64,000 nucleotides of DNA from Candidatus Falkowbacteria bacterium (GCA_963747695.1 CAVVFV010000012.1:98903-162902); one strand, 5' to 3'. Shown: positions 19,438-28,526, counted from the first letter of the stretch. Made by a program: numbers and translations. The notes: a model not told the origin generated them from the letters alone.

Positions 19438-21387
19438 ATGGATAAAAATAAGGATCAAATTAAATTAGAATTGCTGGCGCCGGCCAAGGATTTGGCGACG
19501 GGCAAGCAGGCGATACTTGCTGGCGCGGACGCGGTTTATCTCGGCGGGCCGGATTTTGGCGCGCGTTCGGCCGCCTCGAATTCTTGGCAAGACATTAAGT
19601 CGTTGCTTGATTTCGCGCATCAATATTTTGCGCGGGTTTATGTTGCGTTGAATACAATTATTTTTGATAACGAGATCGAAGAAGTAAAAAGTTTTATCGC
19701 GAAGGCTTATGAAATCGGGGTTGACGCGTTGATCATTCAGGATATGGGAATCCTAGAAATGGATTTGCCGCCGATTCCGCTGTTCGCTTCGACGCAATGC
19801 GATAATTCTTCGGTGGAACAAGTCAAATTTTTGGGAGAGGCGGGATTGTCGCGGGTGATTCTGGCCCGAGAACTTAGTCTTGACGAGATAAAAAATATTC
19901 GGGAGAAGACATTAAGACCCTCCCCGGCCGAGGCGGCCACCCCTCCCACGGAGGGGACGAATTTTGTTGAGCTGGAAGCGTTTGTCCATGGCGCGCTCTG
20001 CGTTTCGCAATCCGGGCACTGCTATTTTTCTCAAGCCGTCTGCGGTAAGAGCGCCAACCGGGGAAAATGCGCCCAGATCTGCCGCCAGCCGTTCGACCTG
20101 GTCGATTCAACGGGAAAAGTTTTAGCCAAAGATAAGTATCTATTGTCGCTCAAAGATTTGAATTTATCCGATTCGCTTGGCGAATTGGTCGAGGCGGGAG
20201 TCACTTCGTTCAAGATCGAAGGGCGATTGAAAGACGCGGCTTATGTCGCCAATGTGACGGCCAAGTATCGGCAGGAACTTGATAAAATTATTGCGGCTAG
20301 CGATAGAAAATATCGTCAGGCTTCTTCAGGAAAAATTGAATTAGGTTTTGAACCGGATTTAAATAAAACTTTCAATCGGGGCTATAGCGAATATTTTTTA
20401 CACGGGCGCCGGGGAGAAATCATTTCGCCGCTGACGCAAAAATCGCTGGGCGAATCAATCGGCAAAGTCGTTTCGGCCGATCACTCTCATTTCAGCCTGA
20501 AAGAAAAGCATGATCTGGCTAACGGCGACGGCATCTGCTGGTTTGACCGCACGGGCGTGCTGGTGGGAACGAATGTCAATCTGGTGAAAGACGGAAAAAT
20601 TTATCCCAACAAAGTATTGCCGCTTTCGGTCGGGACGGAAATTTATCGCAATGAAAATCCGGCTTTTGAAAAAGCCGTCGGGCGGGGAGTGGACCGCCGG
20701 ATTGGAGTTGATTTTATCGTCAAGGAAGCGAACACCGGTTTCAAGATCGAGGCGATTGATGAGGACGGAAATTCCGCGGCCAAAGAATTCAAAATCAAGA
20801 AAGAAGCGGCGGCCAAACCGGATTTAGCGTTGAAAAATTGGCAGGATCAGTTTAGCAAGCTTGGTGAAACCATTTTTTACACGCGGGAAATGATTTTTGA
20901 CTGGACAAAGCCTTATTTTGTCCCGCTTTCAGTTTTGAATGACTGGCGCCGCCAGATGGCGCAAGCTTTGCTTAAAAAAAGACTTAAAAATTTTCCGGCG
21001 ATCAAAGTCGAACACAAAAAAACAACTCAGCGATTCTATCAGGACAATTTGGATTATTCTTTCAACGTTGCCAACGAATTGGCCAGAGCTTTTTATCAAC
21101 GGCACGGCGTCAAGAAAATCGAGCCGGCATTTGAGCTGCAAAATGACCATCGCGGCCGGAAATTGATGACCTGCAAACATTGTCTGAAATATTGGCTGGG
21201 AGCCTGCCCGTGGACGCGGGACGCGGCCAGGGCCTGTCCGAAAAAGGGGAGATCGTTAGGTGATTTCAAGGAACCGCTCTATCTGGTCGAGCGAGATAAA
21301 AAATTTCCGCTCAATTTCGATTGTGGCAATTGCCTGCCCGCGGACGCGGGACGCTGCCAGGGCCAGATGGAAATATTTCAGGGTTAA
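19438..21387 (+). CDS. Peptidase U32 family protein (YhbU/YhbV-like) with extended C-terminus
   Basis: LELLAPAKDL...AILAGADAVYLGGPDFGARS and E.EAFVHGALCVSQSGHCYFS are U32 hallmarks. The gene carries one GC-rich palindromic insert and two copies of a 33-bp repeat. Confidence 0.85.
   Translation: MDKNKDQIKLELLAPAKDLATGKQAILAGADAVYLGGPDFGARSAASNSWQDIKSLLDFAHQYFARVYVALNTIIFDNEIEEVKSFIAKAYEIGVDALIIQDMGILEMDLPPIPLFASTQCDNSSVEQVKFLGEAGLSRVILARELSLDEIKNIREKTLRPSPAEAATPPTEGTNFVELEAFVHGALCVSQSGHCYFSQAVCGKSANRGKCAQICRQPFDLVDSTGKVLAKDKYLLSLKDLNLSDSLGELVEAGVTSFKIEGRLKDAAYVANVTAKYRQELDKIIAASDRKYRQASSGKIELGFEPDLNKTFNRGYSEYFLHGRRGEIISPLTQKSLGESIGKVVSADHSHFSLKEKHDLANGDGICWFDRTGVLVGTNVNLVKDGKIYPNKVLPLSVGTEIYRNENPAFEKAVGRGVDRRIGVDFIVKEANTGFKIEAIDEDGNSAAKEFKIKKEAAAKPDLALKNWQDQFSKLGETIFYTREMIFDWTKPYFVPLSVLNDWRRQMAQALLKKRLKNFPAIKVEHKKTTQRFYQDNLDYSFNVANELARAFYQRHGVKKIEPAFELQNDHRGRKLMTCKHCLKYWLGACPWTRDAARACPKKGRSLGDFKEPLYLVERDKKFPLNFDCGNCLPADAGRCQGQMEIFQG
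19916..19958 (+). repeat. GC-rich palindromic intragenic element, copy 2
   Basis: GACCCTCCCCGGCCGAGGCGGCCACCCCTCCCACGGAGGGGAC, with a terminal hairpin CCCCTCC-CAC-GGAGGGG. It is translated as RPSPAEAATPPTEGT between conserved U32 blocks. Confidence 0.65.
21202..21234 (+). repeat. 33-bp GC-rich direct repeat, copy A
   Basis: GCCTGCCCGTGGACGCGGGACGCGGCCAGGGCC, translated as ACPWTRDAARA. Confidence 0.7.
21332..21364 (+). repeat. 33-bp GC-rich direct repeat, copy B
   Basis: GCCTGCCCGCGGACGCGGGACGCTGCCAGGGCC, with 2 mismatches to copy A. It is read in a different frame (CLPADAGRCQG). Confidence 0.7.
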
Positions 21388-21465
21388 TTTGACATTTATA
21401 TCAAAATTTGCTTTAATATAAAAAAACGTCCTTTGCAGTTTTCTCATCAATCGGAGGAAATAGAT

Positions 21466-22224
21466 ATGATAATCGCGATTGTATCGGATATTCACGGCAA
21501 TATACAGGCCCTGGAAGCGGTGCTTCGGGACATCGATAAGCAGCAAGTCGATAAAATTATCAATTTGGGTGATATTATCGGCTATGGTGCTAATCCCGGC
21601 GAATGTCTCGAACTGATGATGAACGATCCGCGCCTGCTCCAAACCGTTCAAGGCAATCACGAAAATGCTTTGGTCCGGTATGTGCTAAATCAGGAGAGTA
21701 TCGAACCTTGGGTTAACAAGGAAGCTTGGCAGGGGCTGATGTATTCGCGGGATATTGTCGGCCTGAAATGGATACTCAAGTTTGCCCAGTGGCCGATAAT
21801 CGCCACTTTGCCGGAGTTCGGTATAACCATCGCCCATGGTTCGGTGGCATCTTTCCACGCTTGGGATTATGTCGACGATCTTGCGACTGCAGAAAAGGAA
21901 TTCTCCAGCGCGCCGAGCAAAATCTGTTTTATCGGCCATACGCACTGCCCATTTTTAATCGACGATCGGGATAAGATGTTTCATCATTATCTCGGCCAGC
22001 CGCGCAAATTATCAGCCGAGCGTAATTATCTGATCAACGTGGGAAGCGTTGGCCAGCCGCGCAAAGGGGATTATCGTCCCAGCTACGGCCTTTTGCGGAT
22101 TGATCGGGGTAGCAAGACTTTCCAATTGCGCCAGGTTAATTACGATGTCGATGTCGCGGTCGAAGCGATTCTCGCGGCCGGACTGCCGGAATTTTTGGCC
22201 AATCGCCTGCGCAACGGCAAATGA
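21466..22224 (+). CDS. Calcineurin-like metallophosphoesterase
   Basis: Start chosen at the ATG 8 nt after GGAGGA. Motifs present: MIIAIVSDIHGN, GDIIGYG, GNHE and GHTH. Confidence 0.8.
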   Translation: MIIAIVSDIHGNIQALEAVLRDIDKQQVDKIINLGDIIGYGANPGECLELMMNDPRLLQTVQGNHENALVRYVLNQESIEPWVNKEAWQGLMYSRDIVGLKWILKFAQWPIIATLPEFGITIAHGSVASFHAWDYVDDLATAEKEFSSAPSKICFIGHTHCPFLIDDRDKMFHHYLGQPRKLSAERNYLINVGSVGQPRKGDYRPSYGLLRIDRGSKTFQLRQVNYDVDVAVEAILAAGLPEFLANRLRNGK

Positions 22225-22630
22225 ACTTCACGATTAAGAGGAAAATCGGGTGCCACCATCGGGCGGAACCTTTTTTTAATCTCGATTTTGTAGTAGAATA
22301 CCAGCAGCCAAGCTTATTCATAATTTCTAAATATGTACAAAAAGAAAAAAATCGCTCTCAAGAAACATCACAAAAAACAAGGCAAGAAAATCAAGACCCT
22401 GCGTTATTAATCCGGGGTGTCACAAAATTTGAATTTTGTCGTTAAAAGGTTAGCCCTCAATGGCGCTTGGGTATTTATACTCAAGTTCTCTGAGGCGCTT
22501 TCTTCGCGGCCGCTCAACCCTCCGAGCCGGCCGCGGAGGCATCTATAATTTACTTTAAGCCTATCCCAGACCCAGTTTTGGCTTTGAATTTGCCGCAAGA
22601 CTGTTTCTGGGATGGGCGATATAAGCGCGT

Positions 22631-23971
22631 ATGCCAAATCATTTAGCTTCGCCGGCCGAAACTTCGGCTCAAGACGGAAAAAATTCAACCGCCCAAAATT
22701 TGTTAATCTCACTCCTGCTATTGCTCGTCGCCGCCGCCCTGCTCGGCTCGATCTTTTTCCGGCTGGGCAATGGCAATGAAGGAAAATTATTCGCTTGGGA
22801 TCCGCTGCAGTTTTTAAAGAATTTGACCGGCAGCCAATCCGCAGCTACCAGCCAGCCGTCAGCAGCCGCGACAACCACCCAGGTGATCAAAGTGGTCAGC
22901 GAGGAGTCGCAAGTGATCGACGTGGTAAAAAAGAATTCACCAGCCGTGGTCAGCATCATCGCCTCAGCCGAAGTTCCTAAATATGAGCAATGCTATCAGA
23001 ATGTCCCTTCGCCGGATATTCCGCAGGATATGCAGCAATTTTTTAATTTTAATATTCCCAGTATGTGCCAGAACGGCACGCAAACGGAGCAGATCGGCGC
23101 CGGCAGCGGCTTCATCGTTTCCGCCGACGGTTATATCGTCACCAATAAGCACGTCGTTGAAGATACCAGCGCGGAATACACCGTCATTTTAAATGATGAA
23201 AAAAATCAGGGTAAGAAAGTTGTTGCCAAAGTACTGGCCCGCGATCCTGATAATGATATCGCGGTTTTGAAAATCGACCTCGGCGATTTGCCTTTTATCA
23301 ATTTCGGCGATTCGGCGCAGCTCCAGGTCGGACAAACCGCCATTGCCATCGGTTACGCGCTGGGACAATTTGATAATACGGTTACCAAGGGCGTGGTTTC
23401 CGGCTTGGCGCGTTCGATCACCGCCGGCGGATTAAGCACGGGCAACGGTTCGGAAACTTTGACCGGGCTGATCCAGACCGACGCGGCGATCAATCCGGGA
23501 AATTCCGGCGGCCCGCTTTTGGATATCAACGGCGATGCCATCGGGATGGATACGGCCATGGCTGACGGGCAGAGCCTGGGTTTCGCCATCCCGATCAATT
23601 TGGTCAAAGATGCTTTTAACCAAGTAAAAAATAGCGGCACGATCACGGCGGCCGACAAAGCCTTTCTGGGTGTGCGCTATATTCCGGTTACGGCTGATTT
23701 GCAGACCAATAATAAATTGCCTTACGATTACGGCATGCTGGTGGCTCGCGGCGACACCGCGGGCGACCTGGCTGTTCTGCCCGGTTCGCCGGCCGACAAA
23801 GCGGGGATCATTGAGAATGATATAATTCTGGAAGCCGACGGCAAGCAATTGAACGAAAGTTATGCTTTATCCGACGCGATCGCCGCGAAAAAGCCCGGCG
23901 ACTCGATCGCCCTTAAAATTTTTCATAAGGGCGAAGTCAAGACGATCAATGTAAAGCTGGAAAAACAATAA
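22631..23971 (+). CDS. S1C (HtrA/DegP-like) serine protease with C-terminal PDZ domain, membrane-anchored
   Basis: Catalytic-triad contexts TNKHVV, DIAVLKI and GNSGGPLLD. The PDZ-like tail contains GSPADKAGIIENDIILEADG. There is an N-terminal TM helix. Confidence 0.85.
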   Translation: MPNHLASPAETSAQDGKNSTAQNLLISLLLLLVAAALLGSIFFRLGNGNEGKLFAWDPLQFLKNLTGSQSAATSQPSAAATTTQVIKVVSEESQVIDVVKKNSPAVVSIIASAEVPKYEQCYQNVPSPDIPQDMQQFFNFNIPSMCQNGTQTEQIGAGSGFIVSADGYIVTNKHVVEDTSAEYTVILNDEKNQGKKVVAKVLARDPDNDIAVLKIDLGDLPFINFGDSAQLQVGQTAIAIGYALGQFDNTVTKGVVSGLARSITAGGLSTGNGSETLTGLIQTDAAINPGNSGGPLLDINGDAIGMDTAMADGQSLGFAIPINLVKDAFNQVKNSGTITAADKAFLGVRYIPVTADLQTNNKLPYDYGMLVARGDTAGDLAVLPGSPADKAGIIENDIILEADGKQLNESYALSDAIAAKKPGDSIALKIFHKGEVKTINVKLEKQ

Positions 23972-24041
23972 TCGCCGATGGTTAATTGGAAAAATAAAAA
24001 AGGCGGAATGCTCAAAGCGTTCCGTCTTTGTTTTGGCCGAG

Positions 24042-24785
24042 TTAGGCCCGAAAGTATTCATAGCCGACAAACTCAACCTTTTCTGCCTGCCGGCCCTCGA
24101 CGAAAAATTTATATTTTATGATGTCGCCGGGCGCAAGCGGAGGGATTTCGACCCTGATGCTTGAGTCGATGAGTTGAAAAGGCGGTTCGGTGTCGCGATC
24201 AAAAGCGACCAGATTGAAGAAAGGCGCGGTTGCGGCCACAATGCCGATCGGCTGAGTGTCCTTATCCGGACGCGAGGCAATGCGACGCGCCAAACTGAAC
24301 AAGGTTTTTTCCGTACCCACTTTAAGAATCCAAGCTTCTTTTCCGCCGGCCTTCAACCAATGATAGTGGCGGATTTTATTGCGCCAAAACAGATTATGCT
24401 TTAGCCCCGCAATTTTTTTTGCCCGCCGCCACAAGGTCTTGGTGGTAGTCACTTCCTCGGGCGCGTTAGGAAGATCAAGAGCGCCGAGCGAGATAATGCT
24501 TTTGCGGTTAAGTTCGCCGGAAAGCAGTCTGGCAAATTCCATAATCGTTTCCTCGGCATAGAATTTAGGCATCCGGGCAAAGATCTGCGGCCGCAAATTA
24601 CTCAGGATCTTGCGTAAATTTTGCTTGACGCTGTTTCTGATCTGATTTTTACCTTTTTCAGTCAAGCAGAGGACGCCGTTTTTCTGCGAGTCGGTCTCGC
24701 CGCAGATGATCACGTAAATCGCGGCGATTTCAAAGAAACCGGCCTGGATGAAAAATTTTGTTTCTCGATTGTCGTCAGTGTTCAT
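24042..24785 (-). CDS. Hypothetical protein
   Basis: Start placed at the internal ATG (MNTDDNRETKFF) 6 nt after a GGGGGT SD-like site. No family was recognised. Confidence 0.5.
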   Translation of the reverse strand: MNTDDNRETKFFIQAGFFEIAAIYVIICGETDSQKNGVLCLTEKGKNQIRNSVKQNLRKILSNLRPQIFARMPKFYAEETIMEFARLLSGELNRKSIISLGALDLPNAPEEVTTTKTLWRRAKKIAGLKHNLFWRNKIRHYHWLKAGGKEAWILKVGTEKTLFSLARRIASRPDKDTQPIGIVAATAPFFNLVAFDRDTEPPFQLIDSSIRVEIPPLAPGDIIKYKFFVEGRQAEKVEFVGYEYFRA

Positions 24786-25083
24786 ATTTACCCCCGTTTT
24801 TGTAAAAGAGCCGTTTAGACGTCCAGGTAAATTAGCAGATTTTTTAACCTCTGTCAACGCAATAAGTTTTTCCCCAGGTGCGCGATTTTTCGGTCTTGAC
24901 GCATTAAACCCGAATGATACAATTTAATCATAAATATTTTAAAATTTATCGCGGCAAAATTTTATCCGGTTTCCGAATTGTCCGGCTGATCATCATAATT
25001 AAAGTGATTCATAATTTATCATAATTTTATCTTAAGAAATCCATCTGCCCTGGGCGGACGGATTTTGTTTTTTTAAAAAAATA

Positions 25084-25191
25084 ATGAATGAAAACCACGC
25101 CGCGCTTGTCTGGCTGGTATTCGGGCTTTGTGTCGTAGTCGGCATAATCGCCGTCTATCTAACGCCGTTAGCCAGGGCATTCGGCAACTAA
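25084..25191 (+). CDS. 35-aa single-pass membrane peptide (not in ORF track)
   Basis: Encodes MNENHAALVWLVFGLCVVVGIIAVYLTPLARAFGN and is immediately followed by a strong terminator hairpin. Confidence 0.4.
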   Translation: MNENHAALVWLVFGLCVVVGIIAVYLTPLARAFGN

Positions 25192-25196
25192 ACACC

Positions 25197-25226
25197 AAAA
25201 CCCTTTAACCCCGGTTAAAGGGTTTT
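25197..25226 (+). terminator. Rho-independent terminator
   Basis: AAACCCTTTAAC / GTTAAAGGGTTT stem. Confidence 0.7.
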
Positions 25227-25282
25227 AAATTTGCGGATAAAATGTTAAAATACCTAGGTGAATATTAATTAACAAATCGTTT

Positions 25283-25786
25283 ATGCAAATCAAAAGCGGA
25301 TTAAATCAATTTGACGGAGGAGAAGTTCTATTAGCTGTGGCCGGCGATCGGACGGCCAAATTTTTTATCGCCGGCAATGGCGAGATCGACGAAGTAGGTG
25401 TTGTGGAAGAGCTGGTTCCTGAATATTCTGATAATGAAGGATTTTTTGGCGGCAAAAAGGGTGGTTCAAAGGGCCGGATGGGCAATCCCAATCATGAAGT
25501 GAACAAAGAATACTTGTTCAACAAATTTGCCAAAAAATTCGAAGAAAAGGTGGCCGAAGCCGAGGCTGGTAAAGCCGGCTTGCCGATCTATCTTTTTGCC
25601 CCGGCCTTTATCCATCAAATGCTGATTAAATCGTTGCCCAAAGCCATGGCGGCCCGGATCAAACTGAATATTGAAGGAAATTTTAATCACGCTACGCCGT
25701 TTGAGTTGATCGAGCTGATCGATAAGAATTCTGTCGGTGGGGCAGACGTGATGAGCGAGAAGGCGAGAAAAATTTTGGAGAAATAA
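25283..25786 (+). CDS. Hypothetical protein
   Basis: 167-aa soluble protein. A faint resemblance to host-attachment/release-factor-like small proteins could not be substantiated. Confidence 0.55.
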   Translation: MQIKSGLNQFDGGEVLLAVAGDRTAKFFIAGNGEIDEVGVVEELVPEYSDNEGFFGGKKGGSKGRMGNPNHEVNKEYLFNKFAKKFEEKVAEAEAGKAGLPIYLFAPAFIHQMLIKSLPKAMAARIKLNIEGNFNHATPFELIELIDKNSVGGADVMSEKARKILEK

Positions 25787-25792
25787 CTAAGT

Positions 25793-25880
25793 AATATCCA
25801 ATATCAAATAACCAATATTCAAAACAATATTTTAATATTTAAATATTGTTTGGATATTTTTTATTGATTATTGGTTATTT
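25793..25880. repeat. AT-rich low-complexity palindrome (words AATATCC / AATAACCAATA)
   Basis: Self-complementary pairings are AAACAATATT..AATATTGTTT, AATAACCAATA..TATTGGTTATT and AATATCC..GGATATT. Confidence 0.6.
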
Positions 25881-25903
25881 GCTGCTCGCCTGTAAATAAT
25901 AAT

Positions 25904-26194
25904 ATGAGAAGTAAATCGTTGCTTAAACATCCATATCAGTTTGCCGCGGTCGGCGGAGTTTTTTGGGGGTTGAGTTTATTTTTGGCCACAGTACTGGCGG
26001 TGCTCTCCGGTTACGGAACGGCTTTTCTGAATGTCGTGGGCGGAATTTATCCCGGCTATTCGATCAGCTATTCCGGCAGTATCAATGTTTTGTTTTTCGG
26101 CTTTATGGACGGTTTTATCTTCTGTTATCTGATTGCTTTTTTCAGCAGGAAAAAAAAGAAGGTAAAAAATAGTCCACCAAAGGCGGACAAGTAA
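25904..26194 (+). CDS. Small membrane protein
   Basis: Three hydrophobic helices and a Lys-rich tail. Start placed at the internal ATG 25904. Confidence 0.5.
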   Translation: MRSKSLLKHPYQFAAVGGVFWGLSLFLATVLAVLSGYGTAFLNVVGGIYPGYSISYSGSINVLFFGFMDGFIFCYLIAFFSRKKKKVKNSPPKADK

Positions 26195-26293
26195 GTAAAA
26201 GCTGAAGACCTCGAAGTCGTAAAGCTTAAATATCAGGATGTGATTTATTGTGATATAATATTTATAATTAATAATTTATAATTAATAATTCCT

Positions 26294-27310
26294 ATGAATA
26301 TCGCTATCAACGGCTTTGGCCGCATCGGCCGTTCGGCTTTCAAAGCCATCTTGGATAAGAATCATCCGGAAAATAAGATTGTTGCTTTAAATGATCTGAC
26401 CGACACCAAAACCTTGGCGCATCTTTTGAAATATGACAGCGCTTACGGTAATTACGATAAATCCGTCAGCCATACTGACAAGGGCGTGGTGGTTGATGGC
26501 GTGGAGTACCCGGTGTTCGCCATTAAGGATCCGACCACTTTACCTTGGAAAGATCTACAAGTTGATTTGGTAATCGAATCGACCGGTCGATTTACCAGTA
26601 TCGAGCAAGCCAGCGCGCATTTGCAGGCTGGCGCGAAAAAAGTCGTCTTGACCGCGCCGTCCAAAGGAGATGGAGAAATGAAAACTATCGTCTTGGGCGT
26701 CAACGAAGAGGTATTGAAGGCGGAGGATAAAGTTTTCTCAATGGCTTCCTGCACCACTAATTGCCTGTCGCCGATGACGGCCGTGATCGAGAAAGAATTC
26801 GGCATCAAGAAAGCGATGATGACCACCACTCATTCCTATACCGCTGATCAGGTTTTGGTGGACGGACCGCACAAAGATTTGCGCCGCGCCCGCGCCGCCG
26901 CCGCCAACATCATTCCGACCACGACTGGAGCAGCCATTGCCGCTGCTTTAACTATTCCGGCTTTGAAAGATAAATTCGACGGCTTGTCATTGCGCGTGCC
27001 GACCATCGTCGTCTCGATCTGCGATACGGTTTATCTGTTGAAGAAAAAAGTTACCGTCGAAGAGATTAATAATGCGATTATTGCCGCTTCGGGCACCGAG
27101 AGATTGAAAGGAATTTTGACCTATACCAACGAACCGCTGGTTTCGTCTGATTTCATCGGGAATCCTTACTCCTCGATCGTCGATTTATCCCTAACCAAAG
27201 TTGTGGAAGGGGACTTGGTCAAAGTCGTTTCTTGGTATGACAATGAATGGGGCTATTCGAATAGATTGGCGGACATTGCGGAGTATATTAGGAAAAACAA
27301 TTTGATATAA
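26294..27310 (+). CDS. gap: Type I glyceraldehyde-3-phosphate dehydrogenase
   Basis: INGFGRIGR, the catalytic SCTTNCL, and WYDNEWGYSNR. Confidence 0.95.
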   Translation: MNIAINGFGRIGRSAFKAILDKNHPENKIVALNDLTDTKTLAHLLKYDSAYGNYDKSVSHTDKGVVVDGVEYPVFAIKDPTTLPWKDLQVDLVIESTGRFTSIEQASAHLQAGAKKVVLTAPSKGDGEMKTIVLGVNEEVLKAEDKVFSMASCTTNCLSPMTAVIEKEFGIKKAMMTTTHSYTADQVLVDGPHKDLRRARAAAANIIPTTTGAAIAAALTIPALKDKFDGLSLRVPTIVVSICDTVYLLKKKVTVEEINNAIIAASGTERLKGILTYTNEPLVSSDFIGNPYSSIVDLSLTKVVEGDLVKVVSWYDNEWGYSNRLADIAEYIRKNNLI

Positions 27311-27314
27311 ACGG

Positions 27315-27411
27315 GAATATCCAATAACCAATAAAAAATATCCAAAAAATATTTAAATATTTAAATATTTAAATATTTTTTTAAATATTGGTTATTTAAT
27401 ATTGGATATTT
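27315..27411. repeat. AT-rich low-complexity palindrome, same word set as 25793-25880
   Basis: AATATCCAATAACCAATA ... (AATATTTA)x4 ... TATTGGTTATTTAATATTGGATATT. Confidence 0.65.
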
Positions 27412-27416
27412 AAAAT

Positions 27417-28526
27417 ATGGATATAATCTCTAAACTTAAAGAATCCGGTCTCAAAGGCTGCGGCGGTGCGGCTTATCCGACGGCCGATAAATGGCAGGCG
27501 GTCAAGGATGCTTTTGGGCCGAAAAAATATGTCATCTGCAACGCCAGCGAAGGCGAGCCGATGGTTTTTAAGGACGGCTATATCTTAAAAAATTGGCCGG
27601 ATAAAGTTGTCGAAGGAATGTTGATCGCTTTGGATTTTCTAAAAGAACGTGCTGTAGAAGTTGAAGGATATATTTTTATCAATCCCGAATATGATAAAAA
27701 ATTCGGCAAATTTTTGGCGCGAGCAATTCAAAAAAGAAAAGCGCCCATTGGCATCTTTGTGAAGCCGGAAGAAGGTGGATATATTTGCGGCGAAGAAACT
27801 ACGATCTTGAATACGATCGAGGGAAATAAATCCGAACCGCGCTTGAAGCCGCCGTTCCCCACGGAAAAAGGACTTTGGGGCGAACCGACCATCATTAACA
27901 ACGTCGAAACTTTCTATCACGCGGCGAAGATTGCCGACGGGACTTATGAAACGATCCGTTTTTATAGTCTCAACGGCGATTGCGCCAATCCCGGAGTTTA
28001 TAAGATTAGCGATCACAAATCAATTCAGCACGTCATCGCCGAATCCAGAAATTGGCCCAAGTTTGATTTTTTCGTTCAAGTCGGCGGCGGTTCGGCCGGT
28101 GAGGTTTTAAATCAGCATCAGCTTGATGCTCTGCCGACCGGTGCGATGTCTATAACGCTTTATCGGACCTCGGAGTGGGGCGCGCGAGATTTATTCCGCC
28201 ATTGGATCGGATTTTTCCTGACCGAATCCTGCGGCCAATGCGTGCCTTGCCGTGAAGGAACTTATCGCTTATACGAAACTGTTAACGTCAAGAAACCAGA
28301 CTGGAAATTATTTTTTGATTTGCTCGACGATCTTTCCGAGGCGTCTTTCTGCGGCCTCGGTCTTTCGGTGCCAACAGCAATCGAATCTTATATTAAGAAT
28401 GTGTTACTGGATAAAAATGTAAACATTAAGGATTTGGACAAGGAAAAAATTTGTAAAATCCGAAGCACGAAATCCGAAATCCGAAACAAATCCAAAATTC
28501 AAAATATTAAATCCAAAACATTTTGA
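27417..28526 (+). CDS. NuoF/HydB-like NAD(P)H-binding flavoprotein subunit
   Basis: GLKGCGGAAYPTADKW, ICNASEGEPMVFKDGYIL, GGYICGEETTILNTIEG and ESCGQCVPCREGT. The last 25 or so codons are encoded by a low-complexity repeat arm. Confidence 0.85.
   Translation: MDIISKLKESGLKGCGGAAYPTADKWQAVKDAFGPKKYVICNASEGEPMVFKDGYILKNWPDKVVEGMLIALDFLKERAVEVEGYIFINPEYDKKFGKFLARAIQKRKAPIGIFVKPEEGGYICGEETTILNTIEGNKSEPRLKPPFPTEKGLWGEPTIINNVETFYHAAKIADGTYETIRFYSLNGDCANPGVYKISDHKSIQHVIAESRNWPKFDFFVQVGGGSAGEVLNQHQLDALPTGAMSITLYRTSEWGARDLFRHWIGFFLTESCGQCVPCREGTYRLYETVNVKKPDWKLFFDLLDDLSEASFCGLGLSVPTAIESYIKNVLLDKNVNIKDLDKEKICKIRSTKSEIRNKSKIQNIKSKTF

Noticed and set aside
22333-22410. A 25-aa extremely basic ORF (MYKKKKIALKKHHKKQGKKIKTLRY), reminiscent of a tiny ribosomal protein or leader peptide
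   Set aside because: It has no Shine-Dalgarno site and no match to the L34, L36 or Thx sequences I remember. An A-rich stretch easily yields Lys runs by chance.
22407-22712. A 101-aa minus-strand ORF spanning the HtrA start
   Set aside because: It overlaps the HtrA N-terminus and the GC-rich hairpins. Its sequence is Arg/Leu-rich and non-globular, so it is likely spurious.
27341-27380. Tandem AATATTTA x4 and other short tandem or inverted repeats, considered as a possible CRISPR array
   Set aside because: The units are 8 nt with no unique spacers. No repeat-spacer periodicity of 25-40 nt occurs anywhere in the window, and no cas genes are present.
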